Source of the DNA: a virus
Reading direction: 5' to 3' (one strand)
Virus record (IMG/VR): IMGVR_UViG_3300032282_001564
Span: 32,001 to 96,000 of that record
DNA: 64,000 nt
The position numbers and the translations under genes are program-made. Positions 17,880 through 27,927 of the stretch are shown here, piece after piece; the first letter of the stretch is position 1; each line of letters opens with the position of its first letter. The notes under the pieces are model-generated. The model was not told the DNA's origin, searched no databases, and worked only from the letters and a program-made list of their open reading frames with translations.

Positions 17880-19689
17880 CCTTAGCAACGGTACCAGTCT
17901 AATTACAGGCGGTCTTTCAGACGGAACCGTAGATACTAGCCACACAAGTTTAGTTTTAATTGGTAAAAACTACGCCGGTTACGGACAGTTCCTCAATGAC
18001 AACTTTGTTCGATTGTTGGAAAACTTTGCTAACAGTACTAGCCCAGCTAATCCTTTAGCAGGACAATTATGGTGGGACACAACAAACGCGGTTATGCGTG
18101 TATACACCGGCAATAGCTGGAAAATTTCTACAGGTGCTACATCAAGCCCTGCAAGTAGTCCTCCTGGAGACCTAAGCGCCTTGGGTGGCGACCTATGGTT
18201 TGACAGTACAAACAACCAATTAAAGTTATACACTGGTAGCCAATGGTTAGTTGTTGGTCCAGTTGCAACAACAGCAACAGGTGACTCTGGTGCGTTTCCG
18301 GCTCTAATTACAGACTCGGGCGGTGCTGTGCGTACAATCGTACAACTTAAAATTAAAGGTATTGTATATGCCATATTTGCATATGAAAACTTTAACACAA
18401 GTACACCAGGCTTTGCCACAATCCGTGCAGGTTTAAACTTTAATACAAACAATACCCCAGCAATGGGCCTAAGCACACAAGATACAGCCGCTACAGCAAG
18501 TACACTAGTACAACGTGACAGCAGTGGTGGTATTACTGCCGCATCAGTAGCATCAGGGACTATTAATACCACCGGATTGATTACAAGCGGCGGTGGTTTT
18601 AGCGGATCACTAAGCGGTAACGTTGCTGGCCAATTAGTTAACTCGACTCAAGTATTAGCTACTACTGTTAGTACAGCTAGTACAGTAACAGCCGCAGGCG
18701 GTTTTGTCGGCACAATAAACACAGCCGCACAACCAAACATTACTACCTTGGGTAACGTATTCAACTTATCAACCAATGGTCAAACTAGTTTAACTGGTTA
18801 TGCTACTTATAATGGTGCTGAAATTGCTACTACTGGTGCTAATGCTAGTATTACTTTTGGCTACTTAGACAGCACTATCATTGGTTCTATTACACCACGT
18901 CTAGGTAAGTTTACAGATTTAATTGTTAGTAACGTAGCATATCCATTTGCAACTGGCGTTATTAACTTAGGACAACCCGGTGCAGTATGGAACGGTGTTT
19001 ACGCTAACGCGGCAATCACCAGCAGAATTATTAACTCTGGTAATGCATCCATTGGTGGTATATTAACTGTTACTGGTAATGCCAATATGTTGGCTAACCT
19101 AAGCATTACATCTCAAGTTAATGCAACAACGGTAATGGCGTCGGTTGCAAATATTTCAACTAGCGTTTATACTCCTTCATTAACAATAGTCAATGGTACT
19201 GTTTCTGGTAACATCAATCCTAGTGCTAACCTAGTTAGCAATTTGGGCTCAGTAACCAACTGGTACAATAACATTTATGGTACTGCTATCCATGCGTTAT
19301 ATGCTGACGTTGCAGAACGATTCCACAGCGATGCTCCATATTCACCAGGAACTGTAGTTGAATTGGGCGGTCCAGTAGAAATTACCAAAGTGAAAGACGA
19401 ATTAAGCGATAAAGTCTTTGGCGTCATAAGTACTAATGCGGCTTACTTAATGAATTCCGGTGCCGGTTCAAACGAAACACACCCACCTGTAGCAATGAGC
19501 GGACGAGTTCCAGTTAGAGTAATTGGTTTAATCGCCAAAGGTGAACGTTTAGTAAGTGCTGGAAATGGTTTAGCTCGAGCTGGAAAATCCACAGAATTAA
19601 CACCTTGGAATGTAATCGGACGTAGTTTAGTTGACAAAACGGACACCGGTGAAAGTACAATTGAAGCTATTGTAAAAATAAATTCATAA
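17863..19689 (+). CDS. Tail fibre protein 3 with C-terminal intramolecular-chaperone (peptidase G2-like) domain
   Basis: Shared N-terminal module; C-terminal ALYADVAERF...GVIST...PPVAMSGRVPVRV...GRSL. Confidence 0.75.
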   Translation: MAYTIDLSNGTSLITGGLSDGTVDTSHTSLVLIGKNYAGYGQFLNDNFVRLLENFANSTSPANPLAGQLWWDTTNAVMRVYTGNSWKISTGATSSPASSPPGDLSALGGDLWFDSTNNQLKLYTGSQWLVVGPVATTATGDSGAFPALITDSGGAVRTIVQLKIKGIVYAIFAYENFNTSTPGFATIRAGLNFNTNNTPAMGLSTQDTAATASTLVQRDSSGGITAASVASGTINTTGLITSGGGFSGSLSGNVAGQLVNSTQVLATTVSTASTVTAAGGFVGTINTAAQPNITTLGNVFNLSTNGQTSLTGYATYNGAEIATTGANASITFGYLDSTIIGSITPRLGKFTDLIVSNVAYPFATGVINLGQPGAVWNGVYANAAITSRIINSGNASIGGILTVTGNANMLANLSITSQVNATTVMASVANISTSVYTPSLTIVNGTVSGNINPSANLVSNLGSVTNWYNNIYGTAIHALYADVAERFHSDAPYSPGTVVELGGPVEITKVKDELSDKVFGVISTNAAYLMNSGAGSNETHPPVAMSGRVPVRVIGLIAKGERLVSAGNGLARAGKSTELTPWNVIGRSLVDKTDTGESTIEAIVKINS

Positions 19690-19704
19690 TAGGAAATATA
19701 GAAT

Positions 19705-20724
19705 ATGGCGTACCAACAACTAGGACTAATACAAGCATCAGATTACAATGCTTTAGTCGATACCAACTGGAGTACATCGGCAAATACTCTTAATGCTATT
19801 TGGTCCGGTGGACAATATGACGGCGGATATGGCCAAACAGCTATTCCGCAAGTTTCAACTGCTGGTACAGTAACAGCTACACAATGGGCGTCATTAATCA
19901 ATACTTTAAACAGCGTTAAAACACACCAAACAGGTACAGGTACAGGTATTAGTGCTACAACAGCTGGTGGTACAATTAACTATCTAACTACATTACAAAG
20001 CAGTTTAAGCACAGCATGGTCAAGCCGTTTGTTGTTTAACAGCGTTCAAGGTACAACATCCACTGGTAGTACATACAGCCCTAACTACACATACACCAAT
20101 GCTCCAACTTTGCGTAGTGATACTATTGTTCGTACTATTACATTTGCATCAGCTGACCAAGCTCGTTGGTTCTTTAATGCCGGTGGTCAAATTAACTTTA
20201 TTGTTACTAGCTGTTCAAACGGCGACGGTACAAACCGTTCTGGAGATATTGTTACTTTAGTTGGTACAAACTTTGCTAGTTTAACAGCGTTCCGTGCTCA
20301 TACAAACGGCGGACGTCAGGGCACAGGTGGCACAGCTAACACCAACAACACAGCACTTGGTTATTATGAAATGACTACAAGCCCACAAACCCTTTCCCAA
20401 ATTACTAGTACAACCAGTTTATATACCGGTGACTACATGACATTAACTGCTTACACAAACGGTACACAAGGTCTATACCAAGACCGCGGTAGCGTATTGT
20501 ACATGGCCTTAACTTATGTAAGTGCATTGCGTACTGACGGTATTTACACAACCAGCGATCCACAGGGTTCACAAGGCTCACAAAAAGAAACTGGCGGTGT
20601 TAACTACAGCAACTACTGGTACTTTAACGATTCATTAAACGTAACCATTAACCATCGTGTTGACGTAGTATATCCAGAAACAACAAACATCTCCAATACT
20701 TGGGGTACTGTAACAGTTTCCTAA
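19705..20724 (+). CDS. Virion structural protein (Thr/Gly-rich)
   Basis: Last gene of the structural run; GYGQ and ARWFFNAGGQI motifs; T/S/G-rich. Confidence 0.6.
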   Translation: MAYQQLGLIQASDYNALVDTNWSTSANTLNAIWSGGQYDGGYGQTAIPQVSTAGTVTATQWASLINTLNSVKTHQTGTGTGISATTAGGTINYLTTLQSSLSTAWSSRLLFNSVQGTTSTGSTYSPNYTYTNAPTLRSDTIVRTITFASADQARWFFNAGGQINFIVTSCSNGDGTNRSGDIVTLVGTNFASLTAFRAHTNGGRQGTGGTANTNNTALGYYEMTTSPQTLSQITSTTSLYTGDYMTLTAYTNGTQGLYQDRGSVLYMALTYVSALRTDGIYTTSDPQGSQGSQKETGGVNYSNYWYFNDSLNVTINHRVDVVYPETTNISNTWGTVTVS

Positions 20725-20734
20725 TCCAAAGTAG

Positions 20735-20763
20735 TTGACATACCGGGTGTAGACTAGTATAAT
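20735..20763 (+). promoter_or_regulatory. Consensus sigma70 promoter
   Basis: TTGACA-17 nt-TATAAT. Confidence 0.8.
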
Positions 20764-20788
20764 TACTGTCTACACCTTTCTTTCTATT
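20746..20788 (+). terminator. Intrinsic terminator overlapping the promoter
   Basis: GGTGTAGAC-T-AGTA-TAAT-TACT-GTCTACACC followed by TTTCTTTCTATT. Confidence 0.6.
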
Positions 20789-21103
20789 ATGAGCGAACTC
20801 GAAAAACTTACTGCCGAAATACGACAGGCCACTGATTATCAAATTAATAAACGCATCCTACGAGAAAAAATCCAAACAGATTTGCATTTACCCTATAATG
20901 GCGGATTGTTTAAAATTACACCCGAGCTATTAGCCTTTATGCAAGGTTGGCCAATTGATGATATGTATCTTGAAGATGCATATGGTAATCCTATTCAAGT
21001 TGACCGACAGGTATTTTTGATTCAAGCACAACAGCATTATCAACAAGTAATGAACAGATGGCATCAACAACATGGCGAACTTAAGAAAATCCGCAAAGTC
21101 TAG
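20789..21103 (+). CDS. Hypothetical protein
   Basis: 104-aa ORF after the promoter, overlapping the next gene. Confidence 0.7.
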   Translation: MSELEKLTAEIRQATDYQINKRILREKIQTDLHLPYNGGLFKITPELLAFMQGWPIDDMYLEDAYGNPIQVDRQVFLIQAQQHYQQVMNRWHQQHGELKKIRKV

Positions 21104-21887
21104 GGGCGCCGTAGTATTTGCTCTTAATAACGGGCAAACAGATTATGTAGCCATGGCGGATCAAACAAGCCGTTTGATCCAACACAACATGGGCATGCCA
21201 GTTACACTTGTTACAGATTTAACCAGCGAACCGGAGTTTGCGTATGATCGTATTGTTCGTATAGACATTGCTGGACACAATTTTAAATTAGATAATGCCA
21301 CAGTTCGTTGGCGTAATTTTGGACGCTACATGGCATACGAAGCCAGCACATATGATGAGACATTGTTGCTAGACACTGACTATCTAGTACTTGATGATAG
21401 TTTGTTAAAATTATTTGCCACGGACTTTGACTATAGACTAATGCATCACAACGTAACTGATTCTGGTCCGCTGTATGAAGAAATGGGAGAAACTAGTTTA
21501 CCATTTATCTGGGCCACAGTAGTAGCATTTAGAAAAACTGAACGCTCAAGACTATTCTTTAATCTTGTTGGACGTATACAACGTAATTACAACTACTATA
21601 GGACTTTGTTTAATGTTCGCGAAAGTAATTTTAGAAACGATTATGCATTTGCAATGGCTAATATAATTATAAGTGGTTACGACATTAACGAAGACCAAGG
21701 CATTCCTTGGCCAATGTACACATTAGAAAAACCAGTGGTGTCTATTAAACCTACTGATAATTTCTTACATGTCAAGTACGCCGATTTGGCAACAGTAGTT
21801 CCTTACCAGAATATACACGTAATGGATAAAGAATATTTGTTAAGTGACAATTTTAAAAATTTAGTAGGAGAACTCTGTGAATCATAA
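21072..21887 (+). CDS. GT-A fold glycosyltransferase-like protein
   Basis: STYDETLLLDTDY (DxD), WATVVAF, FRNDYAF. Confidence 0.65.
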   Translation: MANLRKSAKSRGAVVFALNNGQTDYVAMADQTSRLIQHNMGMPVTLVTDLTSEPEFAYDRIVRIDIAGHNFKLDNATVRWRNFGRYMAYEASTYDETLLLDTDYLVLDDSLLKLFATDFDYRLMHHNVTDSGPLYEEMGETSLPFIWATVVAFRKTERSRLFFNLVGRIQRNYNYYRTLFNVRESNFRNDYAFAMANIIISGYDINEDQGIPWPMYTLEKPVVSIKPTDNFLHVKYADLATVVPYQNIHVMDKEYLLSDNFKNLVGELCES

Positions 21888-22695
21888 AGAACAAGCTGGC
21901 TTTGTTACTTTTGCACAGAACACAGACCAAGTTGATTATTTAGAACTGGCCGCAGTACAAGCACAAAACATTAAACTAACACAAAAGTTAAATCGTACAG
22001 CAGTAATAGTAGATAGTGCAACCAAGGAAAAAGTAAATGACGATCATCGTGGCGTTTTTGATTATATCATTGATCTTCCCCATGATTATAATGATCCTAC
22101 TAATGCTAGAAAGTTTGCTAATGAGTGGCAAGTCTTTTGGCTTACGCCTTTTAAAGAAACTGTTAAATTAGAAAGTGATTTACTGTTTACTCGTAGCATT
22201 GATCATTGGTGGACAGCATTTAGGTTACGCAACGTTTGTTTAAGCGTAGGGGCAAGAGATTATCGCGGTAATAGAAATTATAAAAATTTATACCGTAGAG
22301 AATTTCCAGAAAATGAACTACCTGATGTATACAACGGATTAATGTATTTTAGATATAGCCAAGAAGCTGTACAATTTTTTAATGTTGCCCGTGCTGTTTT
22401 TAATAATTGGGCACACATAAGAGACAACCTACTGATTAACTGTAGAGATGAAACTCCGAGCACAGATGTACTGTATGCGGTTACTGCACTTATAGTTGGA
22501 CCAGAAAATTGTACAGCACACAGTTTAGATTTTATAAACTTTACACACATGAAATCGGCATTCAATGGATGGAGTGATAACCGTATGTGGACCGACACAG
22601 TAGTCGGCGAAACAGATGGTAATATGATACGAATTAATAATTTAAATCAATACCATCCGGTACATTACTACGATAAAGATTATGTTAAAAGATGA
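21877..22695 (+). CDS. GT-A fold glycosyltransferase-like protein, paralogue of the previous gene
   Basis: TPFKETVKLESDL (ExD), YNGLMYF, STDVLYA, FTHMK. Confidence 0.65.
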   Translation: MNHKEQAGFVTFAQNTDQVDYLELAAVQAQNIKLTQKLNRTAVIVDSATKEKVNDDHRGVFDYIIDLPHDYNDPTNARKFANEWQVFWLTPFKETVKLESDLLFTRSIDHWWTAFRLRNVCLSVGARDYRGNRNYKNLYRREFPENELPDVYNGLMYFRYSQEAVQFFNVARAVFNNWAHIRDNLLINCRDETPSTDVLYAVTALIVGPENCTAHSLDFINFTHMKSAFNGWSDNRMWTDTVVGETDGNMIRINNLNQYHPVHYYDKDYVKR

Positions 22696-23023
22696 AGATG
22701 TATTTGCGTTACTAACTCCTGCACCGCAAGTAGAAATAGAGTATAGGATCTACTACAACGATGCAGGCGATATTACGCATTGCTCAATGATAGAACACGC
22801 CGATGGAAATTACATTGTTGTGGATAAAGACACATACAATAATTATTTCCAATACCACATAGTCAACGGTAAGTTAAAAAAGATAGAATCGGACGCTAGA
22901 TATATCGTAAAATTGCGTAAGTCAACAAAAGGATATCCTGTAGTAGCAGGAAACGCCAGCTTAATATTAGAGCCGGGCGAAACACATGAAAATATAGAAT
23001 ACTATGAACGAACAGATAATTGA
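22682..23023 (+). CDS. Hypothetical protein
   Basis: 113-aa ORF overlapping both neighbours. Confidence 0.65.
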   Translation: MLKDEDVFALLTPAPQVEIEYRIYYNDAGDITHCSMIEHADGNYIVVDKDTYNNYFQYHIVNGKLKKIESDARYIVKLRKSTKGYPVVAGNASLILEPGETHENIEYYERTDN

Positions 23024-23900
23024 TATTGCTGATATAGATTGCATTTACCTTAGTTATGATGAACCACGTAAAGAAGAATTTTGGATTATGATTCAAAATA
23101 TGGTTCCTTGGGCTGAACGTGTTGATGGTATTAAAGGGTCAGACGCCGCACATAAAGCGGCCGCAATGACTAGTACCACTGATTGGTTTGTACTAATTGA
23201 TGGAGACAATATACCAGACCCTGACTTCTTTAATAAACAATTAATACTAACAGACGAACACCAAGGTGGTGCATTTCGTTGGCGAGCTCGTAATGTTGTT
23301 AACGGATTAATGTATGGCAACGGTGGTATGAGTGTGTGGTCAAAAGAATTTGTAATGAATATGCGTACACACGAAGCAAGTGATGGTACTGCGGCCAACG
23401 ATGTAGAGTTTTGTTTTTATCCTAACTACTACAGTATGAATGATTGTTATAGTACAACACATCCTAATGCTACTCCATTCCAGGCCTGGCGTGCCGGATT
23501 CCGCGAAGGTGTTAAGATGTCGTTAGATCGCGGAGCAAAGCCTAGTCTTGAAGAATTTGAACAGCGTGTACATAGTCGCAATTATGATCATTTGTGCATT
23601 TGGCAAAGCGTTGGCGCCGACGCAGAAAATGGCTTTTGGTCTATTTACGGAGCACGACTTGGTACTTACATGACCATGATTGAAGGATGGAATCACAAAG
23701 AAGTACAAGACTTTGATGTGCTGGCTAAACTATGGGAATCGTTTAGCCAAGACGGCGCTGACCAATGTTGTAGTGTAGGCGACACACTACGTAGAAAATT
23801 AGGCATGCCTATAGTAGATATGGATCCTGCTGAAAGTGAGTTCTTTAAACATCACTACAGATCGCAACATAAAAATTTAGGAATAATGATTCGTGAGTAA
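23004..23900 (+). CDS. Glycosyltransferase-like protein (GT-A, DxD)
   Basis: LSYDEP, HKAAA, WFVLIDGDN, NGLMYGNGG, AWRAGFREGVK. Confidence 0.6.
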   Translation: MNEQIIDIADIDCIYLSYDEPRKEEFWIMIQNMVPWAERVDGIKGSDAAHKAAAMTSTTDWFVLIDGDNIPDPDFFNKQLILTDEHQGGAFRWRARNVVNGLMYGNGGMSVWSKEFVMNMRTHEASDGTAANDVEFCFYPNYYSMNDCYSTTHPNATPFQAWRAGFREGVKMSLDRGAKPSLEEFEQRVHSRNYDHLCIWQSVGADAENGFWSIYGARLGTYMTMIEGWNHKEVQDFDVLAKLWESFSQDGADQCCSVGDTLRRKLGMPIVDMDPAESEFFKHHYRSQHKNLGIMIRE

Positions 23901-25278
23901 AAGCGATTTTATGTCTGCCGCAGAGCAGATGCAGGCAAAGCTAGGCCCAGCACTATGTTTGGCTAAATGGAAACAAGTAAGTTTACATTTACCTACAGGG
24001 TTAACTAACAGTTGTTATCATCCTCCGCTACACACAATCGATGCTGAAGAGATTAAAACAAAACCCGGAGCACTACACAACACAGCACATAAAAAGGCTC
24101 AGCGTGTTATTATGCTTAAGAATGAGCGTCCGCAAGAGTGTAGTTATTGTTGGACACAGGAAGACTTAGGTAATTTAAGCGATCGTCATTATAGGTCAGG
24201 TGAGCCTTGGGCCGCAGAAGATTATGACGTTATTAAAAACAGCAAAGGAACTGAAGATGATGTTATTCCGTCGTATGTCGAGGTTAACTTTAATCATGCG
24301 TGTAATTTGCGATGTAGTTATTGTAGCCCTCAGTTTAGCAGTAGCTGGCAAACAGAAGTGGACAAGTATGGCGGCTACCCAACAAGTGTCATTCATAATG
24401 ATCCTAGTCATTTTACTGGCAATCGTCGGCCTATACCACATTCCCACGATAATCCTTATGTTGATGCCTTCTGGGAATGGTGGCCTACACTATATCCTAA
24501 ACTAAAACATTTCCGCATGACCGGTGGTGAGCCATTGATGGACAAGAATACATACAAAGTATTTGACTATGTATTGGCCTTACCTAACCCAGAATTGCAT
24601 TTGGATGTGACCAGCAACTTCAGTGTGGAAGATAACTTGATGAATAAGTATCTTGACTATGTAAAACAATTATGTTCTACACAAATTGAACATTTTATGC
24701 AGTATGTTAGTGTAGACACCGGCAACGTCAAACATGCTGAATATATCAGGCACGGACTTGATATGAATCGACTACACGAGAATGTCAACAGATTCTTAAC
24801 AGAAATTCCATACCGTAATAGTCTAACATTTATTATTACCATGAATAATCTAAGTGTACTTGGATTACAACGACAATTAAATTGGATTCTTGAATTGCGT
24901 AAAAAGTACAGCACTACATATCAACGTGTTTGGTTTGACACTCCGTTGCTACGTACACCGACTTGGCAAAGTCTACAAATACTGCCACCTGTGTATGCCG
25001 GTGTGCTAGAACGTGTGGCCGATTGGATGGAATTACATTTAGAAACCGCAGACAAGCCATTTCAAGGTTTTAAAGACTATGAAGTACAGCGTATGCGTAG
25101 GGATATAGATTGGATGAAAGAAGGTTGTAATCTAGATCCAAAATATGTTAAACTGCAACGTGCAGATTTTTATCGTTTCTTTAATGAACACGATAAACGT
25201 CGTGGCACAGACTTTTTAGCAACATTTCCTGAAATGCGAGAATTTTGGAAAGAATGTGAGTACCATGCCAAGAATTAA
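23893..25278 (+). CDS. Radical SAM protein 1 with N-terminal twitch-like domain
   Basis: CLAKW...SCYH...CSYCW; CNLRCSYC; TGGEP; C-terminal DKRRGTDF...FPE. Confidence 0.9.
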   Translation: MSKSDFMSAAEQMQAKLGPALCLAKWKQVSLHLPTGLTNSCYHPPLHTIDAEEIKTKPGALHNTAHKKAQRVIMLKNERPQECSYCWTQEDLGNLSDRHYRSGEPWAAEDYDVIKNSKGTEDDVIPSYVEVNFNHACNLRCSYCSPQFSSSWQTEVDKYGGYPTSVIHNDPSHFTGNRRPIPHSHDNPYVDAFWEWWPTLYPKLKHFRMTGGEPLMDKNTYKVFDYVLALPNPELHLDVTSNFSVEDNLMNKYLDYVKQLCSTQIEHFMQYVSVDTGNVKHAEYIRHGLDMNRLHENVNRFLTEIPYRNSLTFIITMNNLSVLGLQRQLNWILELRKKYSTTYQRVWFDTPLLRTPTWQSLQILPPVYAGVLERVADWMELHLETADKPFQGFKDYEVQRMRRDIDWMKEGCNLDPKYVKLQRADFYRFFNEHDKRRGTDFLATFPEMREFWKECEYHAKN

Positions 25279-26614
25279 TAACGAGTCAGACTTAGAATAC
25301 AAACGCCGTGTAATTGACATTAAGTCAGAAAGTTTCTGCGGTGCAAAATGGTATAACGCTACTATATGGCTAGGTTCAGGTATGACTACAAGTTGTCATC
25401 ACCCTTTACCGCATAAGGTAGAAGTAGCAGATGTCATAGCAAATCCTAAAGCATTACACAATACAACACAAAAGAAGATAGAACGCAGTCAGATGCAAAA
25501 GGGCGAACGTCCTACAGGTTGTGAATACTGCTGGAAAATCGAAGACATTGGTCGCGACAATATTAGCGACCGTGTTTATAAAACTGTTATATACCAAGAC
25601 AAGGACTTAGACTATGCATACAATCTTGACCCAACCACTGATGTGGATTTACAAACTCTTGAAATCGCCTTTGACCGCACCTGCCAGTTTGCTTGCTCTT
25701 ACTGCAACCCTGCCTTTTCTTCCACCTGGGTCAAAGATATCGATCGCAATGGCCCTTATACTGGCCTTGTCAGTGATGGCCGTAACCATTTCACTCATTC
25801 GCATGGAAGTAGCCAACTATACCGCTTTGGTGAAGAAAATCCATATGTCACAGCTTTCCACAAGTGGTGGGAATCAGATCTACATAAGACGCTTCAAGAA
25901 CTCCGTATTACAGGTGGAGAGCCACTTATGTCAGGCGAAACGTGGAAACTTATCGATTGGTTTAAGACGAACAAGGGCAAAAGCAAGACACGTCTAGCAA
26001 TTAATAGTAACCTAGGTACACAAGTAGATATTGATCGTTTGCTTGCAAGTATTGATGGTGTTGAAATAGATTTATATACCAGCAACGAAGCAATGAATCT
26101 ACAGGCCGAATATATCCGCGATGGGCTTGTATTTGATGATTGGGCAAACAATGTAGAACGACTACTAGACTCAGGTAAGTTCCGTGGGCTTCACGTTATG
26201 TGTACAATTAATGCCTTGTGTCTCGATAGCCTTGATAGTTTTCTTGAAATGGTTTATAACTGGAAACTAGAATACGGCAAAGACAGTATTAATTTTTCTC
26301 TAAATATATTACGCTTTCCTAGTTTTCAAAGTCCGCTAGTATTACCTGACTCGTCAAGAACGTACTATAGAGAAAAACTGCAAGAGTGGCTGGATCATAA
26401 CTACAGCAGTGAATTTATACACCGCTTTGAACTTGATCAGTTAAAACGATTAATAGATTATCTTGACGTAGTTAAAACTCCACATGCCGGCGCCGCAGAG
26501 CAAGAAATATTGCGTAGGGATTTTAAATTGTTTTATCAACAATACGATCAACGCCGCGGCAAAAACTTTACAGAAACATTTCCTGCATTAGCAGAATGGT
26601 ATAATACACTATGA
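25265..26614 (+). CDS. Radical SAM protein 2 with N-terminal twitch-like domain
   Basis: CGAKW...SCHH...CEYCW; CQFACSYC; TGGEP; DQRRGKNF...FP. Confidence 0.9.
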   Translation: MPRINNESDLEYKRRVIDIKSESFCGAKWYNATIWLGSGMTTSCHHPLPHKVEVADVIANPKALHNTTQKKIERSQMQKGERPTGCEYCWKIEDIGRDNISDRVYKTVIYQDKDLDYAYNLDPTTDVDLQTLEIAFDRTCQFACSYCNPAFSSTWVKDIDRNGPYTGLVSDGRNHFTHSHGSSQLYRFGEENPYVTAFHKWWESDLHKTLQELRITGGEPLMSGETWKLIDWFKTNKGKSKTRLAINSNLGTQVDIDRLLASIDGVEIDLYTSNEAMNLQAEYIRDGLVFDDWANNVERLLDSGKFRGLHVMCTINALCLDSLDSFLEMVYNWKLEYGKDSINFSLNILRFPSFQSPLVLPDSSRTYYREKLQEWLDHNYSSEFIHRFELDQLKRLIDYLDVVKTPHAGAAEQEILRRDFKLFYQQYDQRRGKNFTETFPALAEWYNTL

Positions 26615-27927
26615 GTAAAGACTTTTATAACAAAGGTTACGATTATATGGCTCGCAAGCCATATTTCATTGAACGTGAAGAACTAACACCACGCCAATGG
26701 CAATTACTAACTGAAAGCGATCGCTTCTGTATGCTTCCGTGGATGCACATGCATGCCTTTCCGGATGGTCGTGCTTATCCTTGTTGTTTAGCTGACTACT
26801 GGCATCCAGTCGGTGATTTACGCAAAGACACAATGGCGGAAGTATGGAACCAAGACGCATATAAAACAATGCGTACAAATATGTTAACTGAGCGTGAGTG
26901 CAAAGAGTGTACAAAATGTTACGAACAAGAAGCAAATGGTTTCTTTAGTATGCGTAACGATAGCAATCGTAATTATGGACATCATATAGCCGAAGTAGAA
27001 AACACCAAGCCAGATGGCACTAACCCAGAATTTAAAATTCGTTATTGGGACGTTCGCTTTAGTAACTTATGTAATTTTAGCTGTCGTAGTTGCGGTCCTA
27101 TTTTTAGCTCAAATTGGTATAACGATCATGTAAAGTTATATAATCGTAAACCTGATGTACTTGGTCGTGATATGGCTAGAGTTGAATACACTACCGGTGA
27201 CGAAGATAATATGATAGCTCAAATGATGCCACACGTACCACATCTAGAGCAAGTATACTTTGCCGGTGGCGAACCATTGATCATGAAAGAACATTACTTT
27301 CTGTTAGAAAAATTAGAAGAACTAGATAAAACAGAAGTGCGAATTCAATACAACACAAACTTTAGCGAACTACGCTACAAGGACAAGCACGTATTTGATT
27401 ACTGGCGAAAGTTTAAGAATGTCAGTGTGGGTGCAAGTCTTGATGCTAGTGGAGCCAGGGCAGAGCTAATGCGTAAAGGAACAGACTGGGCACAAGCAGT
27501 TGATAACCGTCGACGTATGCAAACAGAAGTGCCACACGTAGACTTTTATATCAGTGCCACAGTTAGTGCTATGAACATTCTACACGTACTAGACTTTCAT
27601 CAAGAGTGGACTGAATTAGGATTAATTAGAGCACAAGACTTTAATGTAAATATTTGCCAAAGTCCCGAATGGTATCGTATTGATATCTTCCCTGAATGGT
27701 TTAAGAACGATGTTATTATTCCTGCATATGAACGACATATTGCTTGGTTGGAGCCACAGGATAATCTTAAACGTGCCACTAACGGATTTAAGTCAGCCTT
27801 GAACTTTTTACGTTCCGGAGATCAAAGTCATCACTGGCCACGCTTTGTAGAAGAAATACGTAAGTTAGATGAAATACGTGGCGAAGATTTTTGGGCAACT
27901 TTCCCAGAGCTTGCTAGTTTAAAATGA
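26611..27927 (+). CDS. Radical SAM protein 3 with N-terminal twitch-like domain
   Basis: CMLPW...PCC...CTKC; CNFSCRSC; AGGEP; DEIRGEDF...FPE. Confidence 0.9.
   Translation: MSKDFYNKGYDYMARKPYFIEREELTPRQWQLLTESDRFCMLPWMHMHAFPDGRAYPCCLADYWHPVGDLRKDTMAEVWNQDAYKTMRTNMLTERECKECTKCYEQEANGFFSMRNDSNRNYGHHIAEVENTKPDGTNPEFKIRYWDVRFSNLCNFSCRSCGPIFSSNWYNDHVKLYNRKPDVLGRDMARVEYTTGDEDNMIAQMMPHVPHLEQVYFAGGEPLIMKEHYFLLEKLEELDKTEVRIQYNTNFSELRYKDKHVFDYWRKFKNVSVGASLDASGARAELMRKGTDWAQAVDNRRRMQTEVPHVDFYISATVSAMNILHVLDFHQEWTELGLIRAQDFNVNICQSPEWYRIDIFPEWFKNDVIIPAYERHIAWLEPQDNLKRATNGFKSALNFLRSGDQSHHWPRFVEEIRKLDEIRGEDFWATFPELASLK

Noticed and set aside
17979-18572. Long antisense ORFs (also 44626-45192, 42006-42482, 39223-39687, 36366-36785)
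   Set aside because: They are shadows of well-supported genes on the opposite strand, with no motifs or SD.
15343-19689. Abundant N-x-S/T sequons as evidence of N-glycosylation of fibres
   Set aside because: They are expected from the Asn/Thr-rich beta-repeat composition, and enrichment cannot be shown without a count against shuffled sequence.
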